From: Selaginella moellendorffii
Lineage: Eukaryota; Plantae; Lycopodiophyta
Length of the DNA stretch: 38,193 bases
Assembly: GCF_000143415.4 (NCBI RefSeq)
Contig: NW_003314263.1
Location: forward strand, 2,239,691-2,277,883
Direction of reading: 5' to 3'
Made by a program: the position numbers and the translations under genes. The notes under the pieces were generated by a model. That model searched no databases. It worked only from the letters and a program-made list of their open reading frames with translations, and had not been told where the DNA came from. Position 1 is the stretch's first letter. Each line of letters begins with the position of its first letter. Of the stretch, positions 13,138 to 23,815 are shown piece after piece.

Positions 13138-13354
13138 AATTCGACGACCAGGAATCATGGACAGCGTTTCTTAACGAGAGGTACTACTCAAATTTAATCT
13201 CATTCATAAAGTTTTTCTTCTCTCACAGCTTTGTTTAAAGGCCAATTGTCATCCTTGAGGCCATGGCACTTCTAAGTTTATGTAATACCTTCCTCCAACC
13301 TGGAAGAGTTAATCCGTGGAGGCTGTGCGCAGTAAGCCAAGCAAGTGCATCATT
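13138..13354 (+). pseudogene. Internally deleted NPF gene copy 1 (5' leader plus ATG fused to the intron 3/exon 4 junction)
   Basis: Matches the reverse complement of 23605-23765 and of 22405-22514; encodes NPWRLCAVSQ. Confidence 0.9.
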
Positions 13355-15962
13355 ACCCCCCCTTGGTTTCTCCGAGAGCAGCCATCTCATCTTGTTTACC
13401 AGCTTCGGAGTAAATGCTTGTGAGGAGAACGTACGGAGCACCATCGCCCAGATTCATTTCCACCATCTCTTTTGCAACGCGCTCGGCTCGGTCAGGATCC
13501 TTGTAAAGCTTGCAAGCTCCCAGCAGAGTTCCCCAAGCAACATCATCCCCCATGAAAGGCATGGTCTCGATCAGGTCCTCCGCATCCCTGAGCTGCCCAG
13601 CTCTCCCAAAAACATCCACCATGCAACAGTAGTGATCCCTGGCAGCTCTCAACCCGTGATCGCCAACCATCGAAACAAACAACTTCACGGCCTTTTCCAC
13701 CATGCCCTTGTGGCTGCAAGCGATGAGCGTGCTTATGAAGGTGATCTCGCTCGGCTTCACTCCATCGAGGTTCATCTCCTGAAAGAGATCGATGGCGCGA
13801 TCAAAATGCCCTGCCTGGGCATATGCCGCATTCATTGCACTCCAGGAGACCTCATTTCTTTCGGGCATCTCGTCAAACACAGCCTTTGCCTGGATGGTGT
13901 GCCCGTTTTGGGCATATGCCGCCAGTAGAGCGGTCCATGTCACAGTGTTGGGCTCCTCGGGTAGGTTGTCGAATGCCATCCTTGCTTCTTTCACATCCCC
14001 AATTTGAGCGAATGCCACGATCAAGGCCGTCCACGAGACCAAGTTCCAGTGAGACATCCTGTCGAAGTAGCGTTTTGCTCGAGAGAGATGCTTCCGCTGT
14101 CCCAGAACTACGATCATCACGTTCCAGGACACAACATCTCTGCTGGGAATCTTGCGAAACGCAGCCTCGGCTCCTTGAAGATCACCGCTCTGTGAGTAAG
14201 CCCCGATCAAAGCAATCCAGGACAAGGACTTCCGTGCCTCGGGCACGCTCTCGAGCATCTTCTCGGCCTCGCTAAACCTCCCGTTCTGCGCGTAAGCCAC
14301 GATCATAGACGCCCACGAGACCATGCTTCTCATTGGCATCTTTTCAAACGCCAGCTTCGCGTGCTCGATCCGCCCGTTCTGAGCCAAAGCCGTGAAGAGG
14401 GCATTCCAGGAGATGATATCTCTCTCCACCATTTCACTGAAAACCCTCCATGCTTCATCGATACGCCCCCGCTCGGCATATCCATCGAGCAAAGACGTGC
14501 ATGAAACCACGTTATACTCGGGCATCCGGTCGAAGACTTGCTTTGATTCCTCGATTGATCCGGCTTGAGCGTACCCCTGGACCATGACGTTGTAGGAGAT
14601 CAAGTTCCAGCCGGGCATAGTGTCAAACAAACTCGCGGCCTCCTCCATATACCCATTCCGAGCATACGCCGCCACCATTGCGCTCCAAGTCACCTCGTTC
14701 CTCTCTCGCGTTTCCTCGAAGAAAACCTTCGCCTCGTCCACAAACCCGGCCTGGGCATACGCCGTGATGAGCACCGTCCACGAGACAACGTTGGTGACGG
14801 GCATGTCACGGAAGAAGAAGATCTCTAGCTGCTTGAGCCGGGCATTGTCGGCCAGAGCTCTCAGCATCGCGTTCCAGGAGATGGAATCCCACTCGGGCAT
14901 GGAGTGGAAGATCTGGGCGGCTTCCTCCACTCGCCCACCTCGAGCACAGGCCGAGATCATCGCGTTCCACGACGAGCGATTCCTCTCGCTCATGCCGTCG
15001 AAGAGCTCTTTCACCTCCTCGATCGAGCTCTCGCACGAATCATACGCGTCCCCGATCGCGCGGCTGGTGCCCACTTCCGGCTCCGCGATCTGGCGCAGCC
15101 CAAACCCGGATTGAGATTGATCGTCGTCTCCGCTGTGCGCATACCCCGTGATCATCACGTTCCACGCGACTAAGTTCCACTGCGGCATGCGATCGAACGC
15201 GAGCTTCGCATGGCGGGTCTCCCCGCCCTGAGCGAACGCGCCCACCATCGCCGTCCAGGAGATTACATCGCGAGCTGGGTTGCGATCGAACGCCCACTTC
15301 GCGCCCGCCAGATCCTCCGCCGTGCAGTAGGCCTGCCCGAGGCTGTTCCAAGACACGGTATCTCTCTCGGGCATCATGACAAAAATTTCTTGAGATCGCG
15401 CCGCCAGGCCTTGGCTTGCGTAGCCCGCGAGAAGCGCATTCCACGACGAGCAGTTCCACTGTGGCATGCTATCGAAGAGTTTCTTTGCCTCTAGAAAATG
15501 CCCAATTTGGGCATATGCAGAGACCATTGCGTTCCAAGGAAGAACATCCCTTTGGCTCATGGCATCAAACGTCGATTTTGCTTCCTCCAAACATCCAAAT
15601 TTCACGAGCACCACGATCATCGCGGTGTAGGAGACAACGTTTTTATCGGGCATCTGGCTGAAGATCCACTTCGATTCCTGGAGATAGCCGTTGTGGACGT
15701 ATGCTTCCAGCATGATTCCCCATGAGAACTGATTCTTGGGCTCAATTGAGTCGAAGACCTCACGGGCTTTGGCCACACTACCACACTTACCATACATTTG
15801 GACGAGCAAATTGGCCAAGTACCTGTCTTGATTGTGCTCGCTGCTGTCAAGGATGGCTGCATGGAGTAGCTTGGCTTGAGCAAGGTCTCTTGAGTGGCCA
15901 CAAGCTCTTACCAGTCTTGCTAGGCCTTCCCTGTCTGTTTTCAACATTAAAGATAGAAACAT
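13353..15962 (-). CDS. PLS-class pentatricopeptide repeat protein, SS-motif rich, ending in the E domain with no DYW; 869 aa
   Basis: Intronless ORF; runs of ~31-aa motifs (FDRMPExNVVSWxAMIxAYAQxG); terminal P2-L2-S2-E (HYCCMVDVFGRAG...WGTLLGACK...YVLLTSIY). Confidence 0.93.
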   Translation of the reverse strand: MFLSLMLKTDREGLARLVRACGHSRDLAQAKLLHAAILDSSEHNQDRYLANLLVQMYGKCGSVAKAREVFDSIEPKNQFSWGIMLEAYVHNGYLQESKWIFSQMPDKNVVSYTAMIVVLVKFGCLEEAKSTFDAMSQRDVLPWNAMVSAYAQIGHFLEAKKLFDSMPQWNCSSWNALLAGYASQGLAARSQEIFVMMPERDTVSWNSLGQAYCTAEDLAGAKWAFDRNPARDVISWTAMVGAFAQGGETRHAKLAFDRMPQWNLVAWNVMITGYAHSGDDDQSQSGFGLRQIAEPEVGTSRAIGDAYDSCESSIEEVKELFDGMSERNRSSWNAMISACARGGRVEEAAQIFHSMPEWDSISWNAMLRALADNARLKQLEIFFFRDMPVTNVVSWTVLITAYAQAGFVDEAKVFFEETRERNEVTWSAMVAAYARNGYMEEAASLFDTMPGWNLISYNVMVQGYAQAGSIEESKQVFDRMPEYNVVSCTSLLDGYAERGRIDEAWRVFSEMVERDIISWNALFTALAQNGRIEHAKLAFEKMPMRSMVSWASMIVAYAQNGRFSEAEKMLESVPEARKSLSWIALIGAYSQSGDLQGAEAAFRKIPSRDVVSWNVMIVVLGQRKHLSRAKRYFDRMSHWNLVSWTALIVAFAQIGDVKEARMAFDNLPEEPNTVTWTALLAAYAQNGHTIQAKAVFDEMPERNEVSWSAMNAAYAQAGHFDRAIDLFQEMNLDGVKPSEITFISTLIACSHKGMVEKAVKLFVSMVGDHGLRAARDHYCCMVDVFGRAGQLRDAEDLIETMPFMGDDVAWGTLLGACKLYKDPDRAERVAKEMVEMNLGDGAPYVLLTSIYSEAGKQDEMAALGETKGG

Positions 15963-17772
15963 AAACTTTAAGGGTAATGGTAAATTACTTAATGGAAATA
16001 TAAATATCCTAATCGAAATAATTTTAAAGGTGATGATAGTTTTAATATGTCATTATGTCCGAAAGTCTTCGGGGACACACGCCTCCAAGCTACCTGGGAA
16101 ACACGCAACTGGGCCAGGTTTAACAATAAACCTGCTAGATTGTGCTCCAAGTGGTCAGACTCTAGCATGCCATGCTGAAGGCAAAGGGAAAGCCAGATGG
16201 GATGGTATCTGATGTACAAGTCCAAAAGCCCCGTGACCCAGCAGCACAACGTGGTGACACGGAGTTGGATCATGCGATCTGCTATGGTAGGTTGTGCTGT
16301 GGGCCCAATATTTGTATGGTCCCTAGGGAACGATGGAGAAATGTACATAGAATTACCCCAACTAGGCCTCCATGCTGAACATTGGACACCAACGGTGTCC
16401 GATGTTCGGCAAGGATGGCCCATCAGGTCCCACATGGCTCTAGAAGTCCCCAGCAGCAGCACGAGGAGGAGATACAATGCTGAGATCCAGAGGACCACTT
16501 CTACTTAATCCACCTTAGATTACACTTGGAGGAAGGTGTTGGGTTTAAACACAAGAAAAGGACCATGTAAAGACCATGTATGTAAACCCATTTGTACAAT
16601 GTTAGCCTACCATAGTCTTTCAAACTTTGGTTCTTCCTCAAAATCCATGCCCCACTTGTCAGTCACAAATATATCTTGTTAATTAGCTAAAGGGGTGATT
16701 ATTTAATTGTAGAGCATTTTTTTATTCTATTATCTTGATCTAATGCCTGATATTTTATTTTTGTTTTGGCACATATGTATATTGTACATGCATGCTATTA
16801 TTTGCAGTGCCACACACTATATAGTTTCATGCGAATTGGTGACAACAATAAAAGCCCACACAATTTCCAACATAAGAGCAATGAAGCGGTGACAAAAACA
16901 CATTTATAGCAATCATGCACAACGTTGTGCCAGGGCTTGTCTGCTGCTTAGATCACCTCATATTGTCCTCGAAAAGACACTCATGTCATCCAGGTGAGGG
17001 CTCTTGACCATCCCAGAAGACCTATATATCGATCATGTCGATGCTGCCTTAATTGGCATTGCGGATTAAATACTCCTAGACTTCTTTCACCCACCCACAT
17101 CATCCCAGAAGGTACAGAAGATGAAGAAACCAATATGCTTGCAGACAACTAGTTATCCCCTTCAGTACCATGGCTATAAGTTGGGCCCTAGGCCATAGTG
17201 CTAAAAATGTGAACTAGAATGAAATTATTCTATACTACCTTGCAAACCTATAAATTATCATATTATGCTGCTACCTGAACTAAAATCAAGTCTGAGACCA
17301 ATTCACTTCTTTGTATTTTGTTTCCATTGTTTCTATCTTGTACATGTACATCTTGGCAAGAAACATATGCATTATAAAACAACTAAAGAATAGCTTTTGC
17401 TCATATCTATTTTGTGTGTACCCTTTGATAATATTAGGATTAAACACAATAAAGGGACTAAATGTTGCAACATGTCATTTGATGCATAGTTTGCTATACA
17501 TACCATAAACCACCAATCCTGCAATCTAAAATAGTAAATTTGACTTTTACTTATGCTTTGAATAAGACCACTCATGGCCTTGTCCTTTGTGCTGCCATGC
17601 CAATCTCAATTGCATTGCCACCATCTAAAATTAAAATGAAAAAAACACAGGTGTTTTAGCAATTTACTAACAACATGAAAGGCTATATGTGGAAAGTAGT
17701 TTCATATCAATTGATCCAAAGGGTAGGAATTGCAACTAAGTATACATACCCAGTGCTGTGCTGTGTGTGAAA

Positions 17773-17798
17773 CTCTCTCTCTCTCTCTCTCTCTCTCT
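17773..17798. repeat. (CT)13 microsatellite
   Basis: Perfect CT run. Confidence 0.95.
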
Positions 17799-18712
17799 GT
17801 CTGGTTTTGGTTCTAATTTTATCTAAAATACTTTTAAATTAATACTGATAGTGATAGGGAAAATCTTAGCATAAACTCTTGAAATGAATCAACACCAATT
17901 TTGGGTTGATCTATAGTTTTCTATCTTGTAGTCTCCTATTCTTAATTTGCAGCCATGAAAATTATAACCTAGCTCTAAACAGCAAAGATAAGAGGCCTAA
18001 CTTCATTGACACTATGCTATGCTTTCTCTTGAGGTTCACTCCACGTAAATTAAGTTCCCTTAACCTTAATATACCCTTCAACTAACACATTAACCATTGC
18101 TTTCTGCAACTCCATGATCTTGTTGTCAAGATCACTGTGCCCTGTTGGCCTATGAGGAGAACAGGATAGTCTTCATGGATGCCCATCCAAATATTACAAA
18201 ACATAAAATGGATGTACATTTTATGGACAGCAAATTGCATCATGCGATGTGGCTACATCTCTACAAAATTATAGAATTTGACAGAGAAAGCTATACTATT
18301 TGTAATGTTTGTAGTGGCAATTGTAAAATTTAATGGACAAACTTGATCAATTTGCTCTAAGTATTTATTGCATATGTTAATGGTCATGAACGCCAAATAT
18401 AAGAGGAGTAGATTTGATTATGTGAAAAAGAAAAAAAGAAGAATTAAGAATTTATTTCTTCTATGTTTTTTTTGTGTTTTTTCTTTCTTTTGTTGATTAT
18501 CGGGCTCCTGGTTGGAGCCAGACATACAACAGCCTGATGTTGAGAGGTACTGGACATGAATGTTCCCGTTTCAGAGGCAAACGGCAAAGAAATTAAAACT
18601 ATTTTATCTTTGAGAATTCCATAGCTGGAAGTTAAGAGAACTCTTCTAGTTTTTGAAGGATCAATGGCAACGTTATTTGGATTGCCAGTTGCGTCAAGTG
18701 TTCGCTGAACTT

Positions 18713-19021
18713 AATTCGACTTCCAGGAATCATGGACAGCGTTTCTCAACGAGAGGTACTCAAATTTAATCTCATCCAGAAAGTTTTTCTTCTCTCACAG
18801 CTTTGTTTCCAGGCTGATTGTCATCCTTGAGGCCATGGCACTTCTAAGTTTATGTAATACTTCCCTCCGACCAGGAAGAGTTAAATCCGTGGAGGCTGTC
18901 CGCAGTAAGCCATCATTCGCATCGTCTAGTCTGAAATGGCCATGAGCAAGGCGGAACCACGCACTTGGAACGCTACAAGATCCCTCCAGGTTCTCTTTCA
19001 GGCTTTGAGAGCTTGAGCATC
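18713..19021 (+). pseudogene. Internally deleted NPF gene copy 2, extending further into exon 4 with several small deletions
   Basis: Near-identical to copy 1, then cgcacttggaacgctacaagatccctccaggttctctttca, which matches the reverse complement of ~22270-22310 (HLGRYKIPPGSLS). Confidence 0.92.
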
Positions 19022-19030
19022 ATGTTTTGG

Positions 19031-19147
19031 CAGTCTTGCTAGGCCTTCCCTGTCAGTTTTCAACATTAAAGATAGAAAAATAAACTTTAAGGGTAACGGT
19101 AAACTACTTAATGGAAAATTTTTAAAGGTGATGATAGTTTTACTATG
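19031..19147 (-). pseudogene. Remnant of the 5' end and upstream region of the PPR gene at 13353-15962
   Basis: Aligns to 15912-16050; encodes FLSLMLKTDREGLARL with the first ATG changed to ATT; the rest of the PPR is absent. Confidence 0.9.
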
Positions 19148-20240
19148 TTGCCAGATCCAATGGTGCACACTTGCACAACTCTCTTTGTGGAAGATTGTTC
19201 CCAGTAAAGTTAGTGTTGATTGATCTATCATGGTTGATGTTCTAACAACACTTGGCTTTGGAGAGGGTGGTGGGCGTCACTGTGTTTGCATCAGTGGCAT
19301 GGGAGCATGGTCAACACTTCTCAGTTTCAGCCGAGTTGTACACTCAAGCAAAAGACTAAGGTGATTCAACCAAGCTAAGAAAGCTCTGTGGTGCAGTTAA
19401 AAGTGATGTTACTTGATTGTTCAATCCTTGTGGAGTGAGTGTGCCTCGGCCATCACTGTGGAGATTGTAGCCATGCTATCTACGAATCCTCCCTGGAAAG
19501 CGTCCACTGTAAGTTGATGTATGAAACCAAGTATATATGACTCTTTTTAGATTTTGTGGTGCCCATTTAGAAGCATAAGATTCTAACTCAATATATGCTT
19601 TACCACAGTGAGAGCTTGACATTAGATTTGAACACATGGATGACTTGCATATTAAAAGATTAAAAAAAAGTGTTGCAAATTTTGCAAGTGGCAGTTGAGT
19701 TAGTATAATATACTAGAACCAAAGCAAATTTACTATCCAACTCATACAATAGTGAAAAAGAACTAAAACCAATATTAAAACTTATCCAATGTGGCTTTGG
19801 TGTGTGTCCATTTGACTGTTTGAAAACATGTATTCTTTAAAATTAATATAATATATGTCTCAAATAAAAGTGTGCATTTCATTCTTCTTTTTCTTGGTAT
19901 TAAATGCTTGTTCAAAATGAAATTCTTGTCATGTTTTAAAACCTTTAGTGACAAACTAGAAGTATAAGGTTTTGAACCCAGGACCCTCAAGACTTTTAAG
20001 GAGCCTTAGGACATAACACTAAACATTATATATATATAAATATATATAAAGGATTACACAAGTAATTTACTTAATATTTTGGGTGACATATATAGAGAAT
20101 ATTTTTATTTCTAAATTAAACCGTTTACTTTACTAATAAATTGTCGAACTCAATTAGCTTAGGTTTTAAAAGTGTTAGAAAAGTAAGCTATATAGGTCCA
20201 TAATTAGTATTTTAAAAATAAAAGGAAAGATATACTTTAA

Positions 20241-21136
20241 ATGAATAGGAGTAAAGATTTCTTATTATTCATCTACAAATTATAGCATGTACATGTGTAG
20301 GAATTAATGTAATCTGGGGTATAAATAATACTTTGAGTGATAAAGAAGCTAGAATGCTATTAGATAATTATAATTCTATAGTCTCAAAGTTAATATCTGG
20401 AGGACCTCATGGATATCTAATAAATTATATAGATAGAAAGTCAGGTGATCTTATATTTAGGGTTGCTGTTTTACAAATTGAGTGTAATGAAAATATATCT
20501 CCAAATTGTTTTGAAGAAAATAATAATAATAATTGCATTGATGGAAATACAATAAGAACCGGATTTAGAAGTTTACTTAATATTGTTTCTAATGATATAC
20601 GGCATGCCCATTCTAGCACATGTAAAATTATTTGTCAAAAATATCATCTGCAATATCCTTATTTTCGTTATATAAATAAAGATTTATTGTATCAACTAGA
20701 TGATGTTGTTAAGTTGATATATGAGACTTGTGATAGTAGTTTAACCACTTTAAACTCTGCCTACAAAAATAATAAACTTTATAAAAACAGGTTTATAAGA
20801 TCACCAAATGGAAAAAATACATTAATTTTAGAATCAAATTGTAAGATTTCCCTTTATTCTGGAAAAAATTTACTATGAAAATCTAAGAACTACAAAGATT
20901 ATTATAATGAATGTGCATTTGTGATCCAAACTGATGGTAATCTTGTTATTTATACCCAAATAAAAGAAATACTATGGTCTATTATTAAATATTGTGCTAC
21001 TCCTCCCAATTGTTTTTTATTTACAGTTCTTGAAATACAAGATGATTGTAATTTAGTATCATATATAATAAATAAAAAGCAAAGATATATACCTTCATGC
21101 GCAACTAATATATATAAACATATGAGTTGTATATAA
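20241..21136 (+). pseudogene. Disrupted secreted protein: signal-peptide-like start, unassigned Cys-containing domain, C-terminal bulb-type (GNA) mannose-binding lectin domain
   Basis: ORFs 20333-20878 and 20921-21136 are in one frame, split by TGA where Trp is expected (LL*KS); QTDGNLVIY and QDDCNLVSY match QxDxNxVxY; hydrophobic RFLIIHLQIIACTCVG lies one frameshift after ATG 20241. Confidence 0.8.
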
Positions 21137-21209
21137 ACTTTTTTAATTATTGATTAATATTTGTATACAAAAAATTTGTATTAAGAGTTGAATTATGTGA
21201 TTATTCAAT

Positions 21210-21296
21210 ATCCTTGACTTCTAAATTTATATAATACTTCTGTCCAACCAGGAAGAGTTAAGTCCATAAAGGTTGTGCACAGTAAACCAATCAAGT
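21210..21296 (+). pseudogene. Internally deleted NPF gene copy 3, most decayed
   Basis: tccttgacttctaaatttatataatacttctgtccaaccaggaagagttaagtccataaaggttgtgcacagtaaaccaa shares the deleted structure of copies 1 and 2. Confidence 0.8.
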
Positions 21297-21674
21297 TAAC
21301 AATGATTTTGCAAGTTGTCTATTAATAAATTGTGTTCAACTCTGAGATTTTAGGGTTTATGTGTACATACTCTCAAATGGCACATGCCTCACTCATACCT
21401 ACATGCCCACCTAAAAGGGGTGAATGATCACAAATGGTCCACATGTCACTAACTGGAAATTGTGGAAGAGTGGCTCTATCAAGCCTGGAGCATTGATCTT
21501 GCCCACATGCAGCCCTAAAATTTCTTGCTGGTGTTCTAGTCGCAAGATTTCTTTTCAGTGCAAGTACAATCTTTAGGTTCTAACCTCAATGTAAGGTGAA
21601 ATTGTAGTTAGGTTTTATATTTGGCTTAAGTATTTCTATTACATAGCATTTTAGTGTGAGGACACTGGATTTTA

Positions 21675-23611
21675 TTACTCGTTAGAGAATGAAACTGTTT
21701 TGATGTACTTGTAAAAATAAGCACACACCATAAAGAAGACGAGATCAATACCAGTTACCACTGCTAGCATCCAGTAAAAGTAGTCAAAATGAGCCCGATT
21801 CAAGTTGTCTGCAATCCAGCTAGTGTGGCCTCGTCTCCCAGTCACTCCGTTCACAATGGTCACCACCAGGCTGCTCGAATAGTTTCCACACGCCAATGCT
21901 GTCAGCTGGAACGAGCTGCCCAGCGCTCTCATCCCATCCGGCGACTGATCGTAGAAGAACTCGATCAAGCCGATAAACGTGAACACCTCCGAGGCTCCGA
22001 CGAGAAAGTACTGGGGGACGAGCCAGAAGACGCTCATCGGGAGAACGGCCGCCGGCGAGTCGAGCTGGCCGTGGTCTCTTGCAACACCCAGCCTGCGAAT
22101 CTCGACGAGCGCTGCCACCACCATCGAGAGCATGATCACGACGAGCCCGGTTCCTATGCGTTGCAAGTCGGTCAGGCCCTTGGGATGCTTGGTGAACCTC
22201 CGGAGCAATGGAACAAGGAACCACTCGTAAGTCGGCGTGCAGACCAGGATGCTCAAGTTCTCAAAGACTGAAAGAGAACCTGGAGGGATCTTGTAGCGTC
22301 CCAAGTGCGTATCCATGGTTCCGCCTTGCTCCAGAAACAGCGTGGCCATTTGAGAGTAGACAATGGAGTAGACGATGCTGCTCAGGAGTATAGGGAGCAT
22401 GCGAATGATGCACTTGACCTCTTCCACTTGGCTTACTGTGCACAGCCTCCACGGATTTACCTCTTCCAGATCGGAGGGAAGTATTATAGCTGCCTTGTCA
22501 AGGAACCTGGAAGTAATGAAAACATCTATTTGATAAGCTCGAAAGAGAAGCAGCAACGGAAAACTCACTGCAAGTTCGTCGTGTGTTGAATCTTCCGGCT
22601 GCCTTTGATGCTCGGTTTGTCATCGGCTACTTCGTAGAGAAGGCTGGCGTCGTTGGGATTCTTCAATCCCATCTTCCTCACAGTAGCAACCAGTACTTGG
22701 AAAACTCGAACGAGAGGATTGCCGCCAGGCCCATGGTTGCGGTAAAGAGGTGTCCCGATAAGAAACACGACCACCGCAAGGCCCATAGCGATCGTGCAGA
22801 TGCCAAATCCAAAACTCCAGCTCACGTTCTCTTGCGTGTAGAGGACGAGAGTGGACGCGAGCAGCGCTCCTACTGTCATGGACTGGTAGAACCAGTTGAA
22901 GTAGGCTGTCATCTTCGGAAGCTCGTCTGGATTCTCTTCGTCAAATTGGTCAGCTCCGAGCGATGAGTTGCAAGGTTGATATGCTCCAGAAGCCAGAGCC
23001 CCGAGGTACACAGCAAAGAAGAAGACGCCAGTTTGGGCTGGTGACGCAGGCTGGCAATCAACTCCCGTGTCGCAACTTGGAGGCTTCAGAGAAGGCAAAG
23101 CCGCTGATAATGTCAAGAGTATCATACCCTGCACGAAACAAGATTAGACTCGGCCCAGAAAAGAAAGAAAGAAGAAAAACAACTATTCTTACCAAGAGAT
23201 ACACGAAGAGAAAGAGGGTTGTAGTCCAATATCGGCCCAAGTACGAATCACTAATGAAGCCACCGATCAAAGCGGTGATCGAGGACGTGCCTGTCCATAG
23301 GTTGACGTTGCTAGCCGCGGTAGCATTGCTCTGATGGAGAACATTGGTCAGGTAGCGCACGAGATTATTGTAAATCCCATAGTAAGTTACTGAAACCAAA
23401 GCCTGATTCACTGCAAAACAAATCACAACATTAAAAAAGAGAAAACGAATGCGAAAGAAACTGCAATACCAAGAACAAATCCAGCAGCTTTCCACAATCC
23501 AGTTGATGCTCGAGTCGCACGCCTCCCACAAATATCAACAGTCCCATCCTTGGTGTACAAATCGTCATCTCTCGTCGCTGTTTCCATAATTGCAGCACTG
23601 TCTGTTGCCAT
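21675..23611 (-). CDS. NPF: NRT1/PTR family (NPF) transporter, 583 aa; exons 23611-23470, 23410-23193, 23128-22569, 22506-21675
   Basis: GT-AG introns give an open frame; motifs YTKDGTVD, DSYLGRYWT, GADQFDE, FNWFY, FLDKAA, PWRLCTVSQVEEVK, WLVPQY, EFFYDQSPDGMR. Confidence 0.96.
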
Positions 23612-23815
23612 GCTCAAGGATCGGCCTGGAAACAAAAGCTGTGAGAAAAAGCATAACTTTTGACAACTATATGCTCCCTGGACAGAATTTTCACAAATGC
23701 AATGAGTAGCGAAACATACCTCTCGCTAAGAAACGCTATCCATGATTCCTAAGAAAGGTCGAATCATTAGGAGCCCTAAAAACAGGGCAGGAAAAAGAAA
23801 AAAAAAATTGGCAAG

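Noticed and set aside
15030-15135. Apparent non-PPR insertion in the 869-aa PPR
   Set aside because: Length and residue pattern fit one degenerate SS motif.
15989-16508. ORFs of 169 aa and 103 aa upstream of the PPR gene
   Set aside because: No recognisable homology or splice structure.
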